A stretch of 64,000 bases of DNA from an uncultured Owenweeksia sp. GTDB lineage: Bacteria > Bacteroidota > Bacteroidia > Flavobacteriales > Schleiferiaceae. Made by a program: the position numbers and the translations under genes. Location of the stretch: the NCBI GenBank assembly GCA_964619125.1, contig CAZUCA010000009.1:804-64803 (forward strand), given 5' to 3'. Shown piece by piece: positions 48,801 to 57,592 of the stretch. The stretch's first letter is position 1. Each line of letters begins with the position of its first letter. The notes under the pieces were generated by a model. The model saw nothing but the letters and a program-made list of their open reading frames with translations. It was not told the DNA's origin and made no database searches.

Positions 48801-49279
48801 CTGTTGAGCACGGCATCCTGGTTGTTGCCTACACTGATGCCACGGCTGATGCTGCCGGCGGAGGTGAGGCCGCGAAAGGGCTTAAACTCATTGTTGTCTG
48901 CCGCCTGATAATTGGGGGCGCTAAAGGCCTGCTCGTCGGGGAGGAGCAGGCTGGTATCTTTGTGCTGAAAGCGCTGGTGTAAGGGGAATTCCAACACCCG
49001 GTAGCTGAGAATAAGGGTGTCAGAGTGACGCTCACTGAGTTCCAGCCAGCTTACCGGACGGCGGTGAAAAATGTAGCCCGGGTAAACCGTGTCGCCGGCA
49101 AGGTTACGGAAGCTTAGCGAGGGTGGATATACGGCCAGGCTATCGGCAAAGATGGAATCATGCCGGGGCAGTACCAGGCGCTCGCGCCGGAGCTCCCATA
49201 GCAAACTATCGCTTTGACTAAAGCTGCTGAACGGCAGGGCAATACCCAGGATGAACAAGAATATGCCCCTCAATCCCAC
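45848..49279 (-). CDS. Large conserved outer-membrane beta-barrel protein of unknown function
   Basis: Signal peptide; GSISRGISVGNNQD, SGSERVYVDG...DYTIDYNAGEITF; long run of amphipathic strands; terminal EVKAFF. GTG start. Confidence 0.8.
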   Translation of the reverse strand: MGLRGIFLFILGIALPFSSFSQSDSLLWELRRERLVLPRHDSIFADSLAVYPPSLSFRNLAGDTVYPGYIFHRRPVSWLELSERHSDTLILSYRVLEFPLHQRFQHKDTSLLLPDEQAFSAPNYQAADNNEFKPFRGLTSAGSISRGISVGNNQDAVLNSDLNLQLSGNISPSTTLRASITDNNIPVQSDGYTQQLREFDRVYMELENPDFGLLRAGDYSMSNAGHRFLQFDKRISGAGIFTNFPAGDNLMPLQLQGGIARGRFARNRFMAGEGNQGPYKLRGNNNEQYIIIISGSERVYVDGILMKRGQQYDYTIDYNAGEITFTALQPMTRERRVVVEFQYTEQNYLRSVFFGSGGLVSDNINTSVQYYSEQDSKNQPLLQDLSNDDKQVLSAAGDRLNQAVVSTISPSAFADDRVLYELRDSLGYDSVLVYSVDSSRQLYQASFAPVGNNRGNYRLDRNDANGRVFRWIAPINGVPQGNYSPVRQLVAPNRLQILSLQSQASIGEKHQLRLELAASKNDLNLFSDLDEADDEGGAGSLSYAFSDSLAQGLLSAGVNYEFNQNNFTTIERIRRVEFARDWNLPLNYNEGLQLAGVNLGFSQHNWQLGTTTDWLQANDFSGFKNALNFKLKNNKQLLRLGLSLLNASDSASRSRFAREQGEYRLMLTEKWWTGLRSQGEWNQQRAAAGDTLLARSYNFIEYEVFSGVGDSAGNFSEISYMERYDDTARLGEMQQFARARAYRLRTSLKTSFNSQLQAAVNLRQLKRLQAEEQPLEKTTTLRLNYLQRFFKNAITSSSFYETGSGTEARRSFSYVEVPPGTGTYTHTDYNGNGIKELSEFEVAPTPDLARYIRIFAPTNEYVRTSIQKFSETLSINAPNSWASQDNWKAVSRRFSLLLNYQLDRKTLLQGYANTINPFKEVADDSLIVALNNNFRSSLFFNRSSTHFGGHYTYRKTDNRNLLSFGVEQRQVEEHELSGRYQIAEPLLAQAEASWQDKRNISGNFESRNFSIDQLSNRYSLSYQTSLSFILSASYAWDQQLSSGEISNQLFSQKAGLELKYNNAEKISAQLNLNYIKNDFEGERNSPAGFEMLRELRPGDNGTWGLILQRSIRKNILLSLNYSGRVSPGVRPIHNGNLEVKAFF

Positions 49280-49409
49280 AATACTTTTTCAAAATTCACT
49301 GCTAATTTCAACATTTGTGCTGGCTTAGAAACGCCAAAAATGCCGGTTTACACATAATTGAGCGCCAAGATCACGGGCTTTTTCGGCCGGAACTAACAGA
49401 TTTATAAGT

Positions 49410-50174
49410 ATGAAGATAATATCCTATAACGTAAACGGGATTCGGGCCGCTACCCGCAAGGGTTTGTTTGATTGGCTTAAAGCGGCAGACCCGGATGTGC
49501 TCCTTCTCCAGGAAACCAAGGCCATGCCTGAGCAGGTGGATCACGAGTTGATTGAGCAGGCCGGCTATAAGGCCTATTTCAACAGCGCCGAACGCAAAGG
49601 CTACAGCGGTGTGGCCATCTTTAGCAAGGTGGAGCCTGACCAGGTAGTGGTGGGCAGTGGCATTGACTATGCCGATGTGGAAGGCCGGGTGCTGCGGGCT
49701 GATTTCGGTGACATTTCGGTAATGAGCATTTATGTGCCCAAAGGTGAGGTAGGCAGTCCCCGCCTTGATTTTAAGATGGACTTTCTCAGCGAATTCCGTC
49801 AGAAAATGGCGGCGCTTCTGCTGGAACGCCCCAAGCTGGTTATCGGCGGGGATTTCAACATTTGTCACAAGCCGATCGATATCCACGACCCGGTAAAACT
49901 GAGCAAGGTGAGTGGTTTTCTGCCCATGGAGCGGGAGTGGGTAAGCGAATTTCTCGACACCGGCTTTATTGACTCTTTTCGCTATTTCAACCAGGAACCC
50001 GGCAATTATAGCTGGTGGAGCTATCGCGCCAATGCCCGCGCCCGCAACAAAGGCTGGCGGCTCGATTACAACATGGTTTCAGAGGCCCTTGAACAGCAGC
50101 TAAGCCGTGCCGCTATCCTGCCTGAGGCCCATCATTCTGACCACTGTCCGGTATTGGTGGAGCTCACAACCTAA
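49410..50174 (+). CDS. xth: Exodeoxyribonuclease III
   Basis: SYNVNGIRA, LQETK, GYSGVA, GDFNICH, YSWWSYR, GWRLDY, SDHCP. Confidence 0.96.
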   Translation: MKIISYNVNGIRAATRKGLFDWLKAADPDVLLLQETKAMPEQVDHELIEQAGYKAYFNSAERKGYSGVAIFSKVEPDQVVVGSGIDYADVEGRVLRADFGDISVMSIYVPKGEVGSPRLDFKMDFLSEFRQKMAALLLERPKLVIGGDFNICHKPIDIHDPVKLSKVSGFLPMEREWVSEFLDTGFIDSFRYFNQEPGNYSWWSYRANARARNKGWRLDYNMVSEALEQQLSRAAILPEAHHSDHCPVLVELTT

Positions 50175-50271
50175 GTTAAATCAACAGTAGGGACTGGATA
50201 ATTTTTTTGACAGCACTGCGCAGCTGCGGTGTTGCCGCCTACCTTAGTCTCTACATTTATTATGTTTTAAA

Positions 50272-51255
50272 ATGAAGAAACTCATAATGGGAATGCTGGC
50301 TGTGGCCACGCTTTCCTCCTGCGTAAGCAGTAAAATACACCAGGAACTGCAAGCTAAATACCGCGAGCTGGACGAGCAAAATGTGGCTCTTCGTAAGGAG
50401 AATGACGAGCTGAAATCAGATCTTGGTCAGGCTCAGGATCGCCTCAACCGCCTCGAAAAGGATTTGGCCCGCGCTGCTGAGGATACCACCACCATGGGGC
50501 GCAAGTATCGCTCGCTGCAAAACAAATACCGCGAACTCAATAAAAACTATGAGTTCCTGCTGGAGAATAACAATGCCTTGATGGCCAGTAACCAGGCTGA
50601 AAATCAAAAGCTTATTAAGAAGCTCAATACCCTGCAGCTTGAGTTGCAGGCCAAAGAGGATTCGCTGGCTTCAGAGCAGGATAAACTCGATTATCTCAGC
50701 ACTGAATTACAGAAGCGCGAAGCACGGGTTTATGAACTTGAGTCGCTTATCGCCCAGCAGGAAAGCAAGGTGAATGAAGTGCGTAAAAAGCTGAAGGATG
50801 CCCTCTTTAATTTCGAGGGCAAAGGCCTGAGTGTAGAGCAGCGCAACGGAAAGGTATATGTGTCACTCGAAAACAGCCTGCTGTTTCCCAGTGGCAGCTG
50901 GAATGTGCAGTCACGTGGCAAGGAAGCCCTTGATGAACTGGCCAAAGTGCTTGCATCTAATAAAGATCTCAATGTACTGGTAGAAGGCCATACCGATAGC
51001 GATGCCTTTAACGGCAGCACCGCCATTAAGGACAACTGGGACCTCAGTGTGATGCGTGCCACCTCTATCGTCAAAATTCTTACTGACAACCCCGGGGTTG
51101 ACCCCCAGCGTATCACGGCGGCCGGGCGCAGCGAATACCTGCCCATTGCCAGCAACGAAACCAGGGAAGGCAAGGCCAAAAACCGCCGCACCGAAATTAT
51201 TATCACCCCCAACCTCGACGAACTGATGCAGGTACTGGGTGAGGCAAACCCTTAA
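50272..51255 (+). CDS. OmpA/MotB-family lipoprotein with a long coiled coil
   Basis: Lipobox LSSC; about 150-aa coiled coil; LLFPSGS, VEGHTD, NWDLSVMRA, NRRTEII. Confidence 0.9.
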   Translation: MKKLIMGMLAVATLSSCVSSKIHQELQAKYRELDEQNVALRKENDELKSDLGQAQDRLNRLEKDLARAAEDTTTMGRKYRSLQNKYRELNKNYEFLLENNNALMASNQAENQKLIKKLNTLQLELQAKEDSLASEQDKLDYLSTELQKREARVYELESLIAQQESKVNEVRKKLKDALFNFEGKGLSVEQRNGKVYVSLENSLLFPSGSWNVQSRGKEALDELAKVLASNKDLNVLVEGHTDSDAFNGSTAIKDNWDLSVMRATSIVKILTDNPGVDPQRITAAGRSEYLPIASNETREGKAKNRRTEIIITPNLDELMQVLGEANP

Positions 51256-51279
51256 TTAAAGGCAGAAGCCCGAAAATAA

Positions 51280-51305
51280 AAAACCCCGGTCCAGGCCGGG
51301 GTTTT
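51280..51305. terminator. Bidirectional terminator between convergent genes
   Basis: AAAACCCCGG/CCGGGGTTTT stem with A and T runs on both sides. Confidence 0.75.
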
Positions 51306-51339
51306 CCTTTTATCAGGTGTTAATTGAACAGAGTAGAAT

Positions 51340-52488
51340 TTATTGTACAGCAGCGATAGTGTACACAGATCCGTTCATATTTTGGGCGGCATCACTGGCG
51401 AGCACAAAGCTGTTGCCATCGGCATCGGTCAGTACAGCCTGCCCTTCAGCGTTAGTGTTGATATTGTAGGCTACTCCGGCTTCTGAGGTGATGTTTCCAC
51501 CGTTAGCCATTGACATCAGGTCGGCATTGCCGGCAAAGATGAAGTGATTGGCAATCTCAGATTTGTCGTCAGCTTCCAGCTCGGCCATGATGTCGGTCAT
51601 GGTAGCGCTGCTAATGCTGAGCAAGTCATTCATGGTTACCACAGCCAGGGCTTCTACGGTGGTGCTTACCTGCAAGGCAGCGAGCAGGGCGGCTTCCTCC
51701 GAGTCACTCAGGAGGTTTTCGAGGTCATCGATATCCAGAGCGTTCTTCAGATATACGTTCAGGGCAGCTTCCATAGAGGCATTGTTAGCCAGCAATACCG
51801 TGGTTTGCTCAGCTTCACTGGCCAGGCGATCGGCGATTGAAGCCTCGGCCTCGTTCACGATGCTTACAAAAAGCTCACTGTTAGCTTCTGACTCAGTATC
51901 TTCCACCTGGTCCAGGTTAGTCTGGGCGCTAAGAGTTCCGTTAATTTCAATAACGGCGCCATTGCTCGCTTCAATTACCTCACCTACAGTGCTGGCACCG
52001 TTTTCATCGGCGCCATTAAGGCGAAGACTGCTGCTGCCCTCTTTTTCGACCAGGATGGTAAGTTTGGCATCGCTTTCTCCGGCTGCATAAGTTTCAGCAT
52101 TGCCGTTGCTGAAGCTGTCATAGTTAAAACGACCGTTAAGGGCGTGGTACATCACCATGTCAGCAAAGGCCTCTTCACCCATTTTGGCCTCCAGTTCACT
52201 CATGGAGCTTACGTTGGATTCCTGAAAAAGCGCATTAAAAGCAGCGTTGTTGGCAGCAAATAAGGTGATGTTGGCATCGGTATTACTGAAGAATTCAGAT
52301 TGCTCCGACTCAACCACCGCCTCATTCATCATGCTAAAGCGCGCTTCGGCCTCAAGAGTTTGTTTTACGGTTGATTTGTTGTTGTTCGGGTTTTGCTTGT
52401 TGTCGTCCCCTTCTTTTTGACAAGCGGTAGAAACAATAGCTCCACTCATCACCAGCATTGGTAGGATTTTTCTCACGTTAATTTTCAT
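51340..52488 (-). CDS. Fasciclin (FAS1) domain lipoprotein, highly acidic
   Basis: Lipobox STAC; ITLFAANNAAF, MVMYH, ASNGAVIEIN; second degenerate FAS1 domain (TTVLLANNAS...MNGSVYTI). Confidence 0.82.
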   Translation of the reverse strand: MKINVRKILPMLVMSGAIVSTACQKEGDDNKQNPNNNKSTVKQTLEAEARFSMMNEAVVESEQSEFFSNTDANITLFAANNAAFNALFQESNVSSMSELEAKMGEEAFADMVMYHALNGRFNYDSFSNGNAETYAAGESDAKLTILVEKEGSSSLRLNGADENGASTVGEVIEASNGAVIEINGTLSAQTNLDQVEDTESEANSELFVSIVNEAEASIADRLASEAEQTTVLLANNASMEAALNVYLKNALDIDDLENLLSDSEEAALLAALQVSTTVEALAVVTMNDLLSISSATMTDIMAELEADDKSEIANHFIFAGNADLMSMANGGNITSEAGVAYNINTNAEGQAVLTDADGNSFVLASDAAQNMNGSVYTIAAVQ

Positions 52489-52528
52489 AGTTGTGATTTT
52501 AGGTTAGCATTATTGTGTTATCAGGGCT

Positions 52529-52554
52529 AACGAAACAAACCGGCCAAAGCGTTG
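52529..52554 (-). promoter_or_regulatory. Candidate ECF-sigma promoter for the fasciclin gene
   Basis: CAAC-N18-CGTT on the minus strand, about 40 nt upstream of the ATG; no TAnnTTTG element nearby. Confidence 0.3.
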
Positions 52555-52764
52555 GGTTTTTATTGAGAAAAATCGAAAGTGCGTGCGGGAGGCTTAGCCT
52601 AACTTGCAGAGTGTCAGAAAAATGAGGTGTAGGAAAAATCCGGTAAAAAAATTAGGACCTGAAGCAGCGAGCAGGTAATAAATGCAAAATTCACTTCGTT
52701 TTGGCACGGGGTGGTTTCCCAAAATGGAAAGATGGAGGCACTAAAGAAGTGATGGGCAGGGACA

Positions 52765-54138
52765 TCAGCCAAAGAGGTGCTGGAAAACTTCCTCAATCTT
52801 ACCGCATTGCACCACCTTAATAGCGTAATCCTGTTTGCCGAGTTTGCTGTGAGAGGAGATGAAAATCTCCTCAAAGCCCAGCTTCTGAGCTTCATTAATG
52901 CGCTGATCGATACGGCTCACCGGGCGTATTTCGCCACTGAGACCTACCTCGGCAGCAAAGCATTGCCTAGGCGCCAAGGCTATGTCCTCATTGCTCGACA
53001 GGATGGCAGCCACCACCGCCAGGTCAATGGCAGGGTCGTCTACCCGGATACCGCCGGTAATATTCAAAAACACATCTTTACTGGCCAGGCGAAAGCCACA
53101 GCGCTTTTCGAGCACCGCCAGCAACATATTGAGGCGGCGCACGTCGTAGCCGGTGGTACTGCGCTGGGGAGTGCCATAAACAGCGGTACTGGCCAGTGCC
53201 TGTATTTCGATGAGCATGGGGCGGATGCCCTCCAGGGTGGCGGCCACCGCATTGCCACTCAGATCCTCATCTTTGCGCGACAGCAAAATTTCGCTGGGGT
53301 TACTTACCTCGCGCAGGCCTTCCCCTACCATTTCGTAGATACCCAACTCGGCGGTGGAGCCAAAGCGGTTTTTGGAGGCCCGCAGCAAACGGTATACATG
53401 GTGCCGGTCACCTTCAAACTGAAGGACGGTGTCTACCATATGCTCCAGAATCTTAGGTCCGGCGATATGGCCTTCTTTGGTAATATGGCCGATCAGGAAG
53501 ATGGGGGTGTCGGTTTCCTTGGCAAACTGAATCAACTCGGCTGCGCACTGTCTGATCTGAGACACGCTGCCAGGGGCGGAGTCGATCAGCTGTGAAGACA
53601 GGGTTTGAATACTGTCAATTATCACCATAGCCGGTTCTGACAGTTCTATTTGCTTAAAGATTTCCTGGGTATTGGTGGCGGTAAGCAGATAACACTCTTT
53701 GTTTTTTATACCAATGCGCTGTGCCCGTAGCTGCACTTGCTGCTCACTCTCCTCCCCACTAACATAAAGGCATTTGAGCTTTTGTTGCAGGGCCATTTGC
53801 AGCATGAGGGTACTTTTGCCAATGCCAGGCTCACCACCGATAAGGGTAACCGAACCCGATACCAGTCCGCCCCCAAGTACGCGATCGAGCTCCTGGTCGT
53901 GCGTGCTCATGCGCTGTGTGGCTTCCACCCTGATGTCGCTAACCGCCCGCACTTTTGAAGGGGTTACACTGTGCGTACTGCCACTGCTGCGCCAGTTTAC
54001 AGAAGAGGAGGCACTTTGATCCACCACTTCCTCCACAATGGTATTCCACTCGCCACAGCGGTTGCATTGCCCCATCCATTTGCTGTGCTGGGCGCCGCAG
54101 TTCTGGCAATAAAAGGTGGATTTAGCCTTTTTGGCCAT
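52765..54138 (-). CDS. radA: DNA repair protein RadA/Sms
   Basis: CQNCG...GQCNRC, GEPGIGKST, IIDSIQT, KNRFG, Lon-like C-terminus. Confidence 0.97.
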   Translation of the reverse strand: MAKKAKSTFYCQNCGAQHSKWMGQCNRCGEWNTIVEEVVDQSASSSVNWRSSGSTHSVTPSKVRAVSDIRVEATQRMSTHDQELDRVLGGGLVSGSVTLIGGEPGIGKSTLMLQMALQQKLKCLYVSGEESEQQVQLRAQRIGIKNKECYLLTATNTQEIFKQIELSEPAMVIIDSIQTLSSQLIDSAPGSVSQIRQCAAELIQFAKETDTPIFLIGHITKEGHIAGPKILEHMVDTVLQFEGDRHHVYRLLRASKNRFGSTAELGIYEMVGEGLREVSNPSEILLSRKDEDLSGNAVAATLEGIRPMLIEIQALASTAVYGTPQRSTTGYDVRRLNMLLAVLEKRCGFRLASKDVFLNITGGIRVDDPAIDLAVVAAILSSNEDIALAPRQCFAAEVGLSGEIRPVSRIDQRINEAQKLGFEEIFISSHSKLGKQDYAIKVVQCGKIEEVFQHLFG

Positions 54139-54141
54139 GGC

Positions 54142-54462
54142 TTATACCTTTAGATCAAGCTCAGGCTGCAGGGAGGCGAGAAAATCCTCGCTGTTATCCT
54201 GGTAAAAGTGGATGGCATCGATCAGTTCGGAATGGCACCAAAGCAGGCTGTGCTCACGTGCACTTTCAGGCAGCAGGGCAATAAGGCGTTCGCATTGCTC
54301 GCGGGCGGCGCTGAGCTTTTTGAGATTGCTAAGGCTGGGGGTGCTGTCAGTGATGGTTGCCGCCCCCACATTATTGCCGGCCAGGCGCCAAACATTGGCG
54401 AGCCTCAGCAGGTCATCGGCGGGTTGAACTTTACTCTCCAGTAGTTCCAGGAATGTCTTCAT
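54142..54462 (-). CDS. Small hypothetical protein (about 106 aa)
   Basis: ATG at 54462 (MKTFLELLESK); overlaps the upstream gene by 32 nt and ends 3 nt before the radA start. Confidence 0.6.
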   Translation of the reverse strand: MKTFLELLESKVQPADDLLRLANVWRLAGNNVGAATITDSTPSLSNLKKLSAAREQCERLIALLPESAREHSLLWCHSELIDAIHFYQDNSEDFLASLQPELDLKV

Positions 54463-55456
54463 AAACTTTCTTTTTTGTGCGGTGGCGGTAGAGGGCTGCA
54501 AAGCCCAGCAAGCCGGCTACCACGGTCATTACCATCTGTCCGGTGTGTACCAGGGTGGCAAAACTAACACCGTCATCCGAGGCCACACCCAGTATCCCCA
54601 GCCCCACCATTACCAGGTAGTGATAGGCGCCAATACCGCCGGGAGTGGGAACCACCATACCCATGCCGGCAACAATCATCACAAATAAACCATCGGTGGC
54701 AGTGAGCTGCTCGGTAGCGGGCAGGGCAAAAATGCAGACATACACCATCAGGTAATACATCAGCCAGATAAACAAGGTGTGCAGTATAAAGAGTCCTTTG
54801 GAGCGCAGGCTCAGAATGGAGCGCAGACCCTCTTTGATGCCGTACCAGAAGTTGCGCACTTTGTGGTAACCGGGCAGGTTCACAAAGCGGTGGCGCAAAA
54901 AGTAGGCGGCAATAAAGAGCCCCAGGCCGCAGGCGGCAATTATAAGTTTAATGGCGGTGGAAATACCTTCGTCGGCTTTTTGGTTGGAGGCCATGGTAGT
55001 GCTGAGAAATTCCATCAACTCCTCAAACTTTAGTATAAAGGTAAGCCCTACCAGCAGCAGCAACATCAGGAAGTCAATAACGCGCTCGAGGATAACGGTG
55101 CCAAAGAGGCGGTCAACCGGGATTTGGTCACTTTTGCTGAGGGCGGTACAGCGGGCCAGCTCACCGGCGCGGGGTACCAGGATGTTTGAGAGGTAGCCAA
55201 TACTCACTGAATGAATGGCATTCCAGGTATGGGGTTTTTTACCCAGGGGTTCTAAAAGCAATACCGCCCGCATGCCACGGCTGATAAAGGCCAGGTAACC
55301 CATAATAATGGACAGCAGCACATAGCCGTACTTGGCGCCTTTAAAGTCAGCGATCAGTTTTTCAAATTCGGTATTGCGGAATGCGAGGTAAAAGAGCACC
55401 GCACCGATGCTGATAAACAGCAGGTATTTAATTACACTCTGGACTCCGGAGTTCAA
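54431..55456 (-). CDS. Lysylphosphatidylglycerol synthase TM-domain (UPF0104, flippase-like) protein
   Basis: Polytopic; PRAGELARC, FGTVILERVID, PTPGGIGAYH. Probable TTG start at 55456. Confidence 0.88.
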   Translation of the reverse strand: MNSGVQSVIKYLLFISIGAVLFYLAFRNTEFEKLIADFKGAKYGYVLLSIIMGYLAFISRGMRAVLLLEPLGKKPHTWNAIHSVSIGYLSNILVPRAGELARCTALSKSDQIPVDRLFGTVILERVIDFLMLLLLVGLTFILKFEELMEFLSTTMASNQKADEGISTAIKLIIAACGLGLFIAAYFLRHRFVNLPGYHKVRNFWYGIKEGLRSILSLRSKGLFILHTLFIWLMYYLMVYVCIFALPATEQLTATDGLFVMIVAGMGMVVPTPGGIGAYHYLVMVGLGILGVASDDGVSFATLVHTGQMVMTVVAGLLGFAALYRHRTKKKVYEDIPGTTGE

Positions 55457-55460
55457 GATC

Positions 55461-55811
55461 TTAATGTAAGCGATTTGTATTTTCTTCGGGGAAAATGACG
55501 GTGGGCCTGAACTTTTTTGCCTGTTCAACCTCCAAAAGCGCGTAGGAGATAATAATAATGATATCGCCAGGCTGCACCCTTCGGGCTGCCGGACCATTCA
55601 TGGTAATCTCACCACTTCCCCTTTCCCCTTTGATCACATAGGTTTCCAGTCTTTCACCATTGTTGATATTGACAATGGATACCTTCTCACCTTCAATAAT
55701 GCTGGCGGCGTCCATTAAATCTTCATCAACGGTAATGCTACCGATATAATTGAGGTCAGCACCGGTGATTTTTACCCTGTGAATCTTTGATTTCAGTACC
55801 TCTATTTGCAT
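55461..55811 (-). CDS. panD: Aspartate 1-decarboxylase
   Basis: [15 protein letters not shown] (G-S cleavage site), GERLETY, NGPAAR. Confidence 0.97.
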   Translation of the reverse strand: MQIEVLKSKIHRVKITGADLNYIGSITVDEDLMDAASIIEGEKVSIVNINNGERLETYVIKGERGSGEITMNGPAARRVQPGDIIIIISYALLEVEQAKKFRPTVIFPEENTNRLH

Positions 55812-55816
55812 GGCCG

Positions 55817-55824
55817 CAAAAGTA
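55817..55824 (-). promoter_or_regulatory. Possible internal -7 element between panC and panD
   Basis: TACTTTTG in the 15-nt gap, about 5 nt before the panD ATG. Confidence 0.35.
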
Positions 55825-55826
55825 CT

Positions 55827-56669
55827 TTAAAATAATTGGATGTTATCGATAAGTCTAACTCCCCCAATGTGTCCCGCCACAAAGATGCGCGCATGCTTTG
55901 CGTCCGTCCACTCATTGATGAGCCTGAGATTGTCGCTGTCAACCACCGCTACGTACTCGGGCTTTACCGGTGATTTTTCCAGGCGGTCGCTCACATGGGT
56001 TTGAATGGCGGCAGGTGAGAGTTGGTCGTAATTGTTTTTGGCCCAGCTCAGGGCTTCGTAAATGGCCAGGGCATCCCTTTGTTCTTCTTCACTGAGACGT
56101 TGATTGCGGCTGCTAAGGGCCAGTCCGCCCGGGCTGCGTTCAACGGGATGTGATACAATTTCGATGTTAAAATTGCACTGGCGGGCCAGGTGACGGATAA
56201 TGAGCAGTTGCTGATAATCTTTTTCACCAAAATAAGCCCGCTCTGGTTCTACTATTTCAAAGAAGCGGGCTACCACGGTGGCTACGCCGTCAAAGTGGCC
56301 GGGGCGGTGATTGCCCTCCATACCTTCGTCAAATCCCCCGAGGTCATAGTGCTGGCTGCTTACTTCCTCAGGATAGAGGTCGTCCACCTCGGGCAGGTAG
56401 GCAATGTCCACCCCTGCCTCTTCCAGCATTTTAAGGTCGGCATCAGGGGTGCGGGGATATTTTTCCAGGTCATCGGCGTTGTTGAACTGGGTGGGGTTTA
56501 CAAAAATACTGACCACCACCAGGTCGTTTTCGCGTAATGCGTGGCGCACCAATGAGATATGGCCGCGATGTAATGAGCCCATCGTAGGCACAAAACCCAG
56601 CGATTTACCGGCCGCCCGCAGCTCCTGTAAATGGGGGCGAAGCTCGGAAGAATACTTAAATACCTGCAT
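55827..56669 (-). CDS. panC: Pantoate--beta-alanine ligase
   Basis: FVPTMGSLHRGH, SIFVNPTQF, HRPGHFDGV, GEKDYQQ, ALSSRN, RLIDN. Confidence 0.97.
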   Translation of the reverse strand: MQVFKYSSELRPHLQELRAAGKSLGFVPTMGSLHRGHISLVRHALRENDLVVVSIFVNPTQFNNADDLEKYPRTPDADLKMLEEAGVDIAYLPEVDDLYPEEVSSQHYDLGGFDEGMEGNHRPGHFDGVATVVARFFEIVEPERAYFGEKDYQQLLIIRHLARQCNFNIEIVSHPVERSPGGLALSSRNQRLSEEEQRDALAIYEALSWAKNNYDQLSPAAIQTHVSDRLEKSPVKPEYVAVVDSDNLRLINEWTDAKHARIFVAGHIGGVRLIDNIQLF

Positions 56670-56690
56670 GAGATATTAAAAATTGGAGCG

Positions 56691-56739
56691 CAAAGCTATT
56701 ATTATTGGTTGAAAAATAGCGTAAAAAGTGGTAATTTCG
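56691..56739. promoter_or_regulatory. Divergent -7 elements for panC and the glycogen-synthase-like gene
   Basis: TAGCTTTG (minus strand, 56691-56698) and TAATTTCG (plus strand, 56732-56739). Confidence 0.5.
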
Positions 56740-56768
56740 CGGTTTGATTATCAAAGAACGAAAGCCTA

Positions 56769-57584
56769 ATGGACAGTAAGAGAATACTCTATGTAAGTCA
56801 GGAAATCCACCCCTATCTTCCCGAAAACGAAATCTCGAAGCCCTCTCTTCAGCTCCCTCGCAAGATGAACGAAAAAGGTCATCAGGTAAGGGTTTTTATG
56901 CCGAGATACGGGTTGATCAATGAGCGCCGTCACCAGTTGCACGAAGTGATTCGCCTCAGTGGTATCAATATCATCGTCAATGATATGGACCAGCCGCTCA
57001 TCATCAAGGTGGCTTCTGTGCCACAGGCCCGTATGCAGGTATACTTTATTGACAATGAGGAATACTTCAAGCGCAAAGCTACCTTCTTTGACGAAGATGG
57101 TAATTTTTTCAGTGATAACGATCAGCGCGCCATATTTTTCTGTCGCGGGGTGATTGAAACGGTTAAGAAACTGGGATGGTCACCGGATATTATTCACTGT
57201 CACGGATGGATGGCGAGCTTTTTGCCGCTCTACCTGAAGAAGTTCCATTACGACGATCCTTTGTTTGCTGACAGCAAACTGGTACTCTCGGTTTACGAGC
57301 CCGGCGATACCATGATGCCTGATACGCTCACCGAAAACCTTAAGTTTGACGGCATTAATGGTGAGGATATTAAAAAATATGAAGATGTGGATTTGGCGGC
57401 CACTTATGCGGCCGGTGCTGGCTATTGCGATGCCGCTGTAATCGGTAGCGACAATGTTCCTGCTGATTTGCAAGAAAAAGTAAAAAGCAACGTTGATAAT
57501 TTCCTCGACTTCAAAGGCGATGATTATGTGGAAGCGGTACACGAGCTCTACAAAAGCCTTTTCGTAGAGGAAGAAGTAGCTTAA
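56769..57584 (+). CDS. Glycogen/starch synthase N-terminal-domain-only protein (GT5-like)
   Basis: RVFMPRYG, IIHCHGWM, FCRGV; 271 aa, about half a GT-B enzyme. Confidence 0.85.
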   Translation: MDSKRILYVSQEIHPYLPENEISKPSLQLPRKMNEKGHQVRVFMPRYGLINERRHQLHEVIRLSGINIIVNDMDQPLIIKVASVPQARMQVYFIDNEEYFKRKATFFDEDGNFFSDNDQRAIFFCRGVIETVKKLGWSPDIIHCHGWMASFLPLYLKKFHYDDPLFADSKLVLSVYEPGDTMMPDTLTENLKFDGINGEDIKKYEDVDLAATYAAGAGYCDAAVIGSDNVPADLQEKVKSNVDNFLDFKGDDYVEAVHELYKSLFVEEEVA

Positions 57585-57592
57585 AAATCTTT

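Noticed and set aside
52701-52720. Sigma-54 promoter (TGGCACG)
   Set aside because: No TTGC -12 element at the required spacing, and it points into the 3' end of radA.
52777-53595. 272-aa plus-strand ORF, and similar long antisense ORFs (5546-6190, 14815-15399, 21692-22204, 24243-24821, 61592-62146)
   Set aside because: All are fully antisense to well-conserved genes, with no domain signatures or translation signals.
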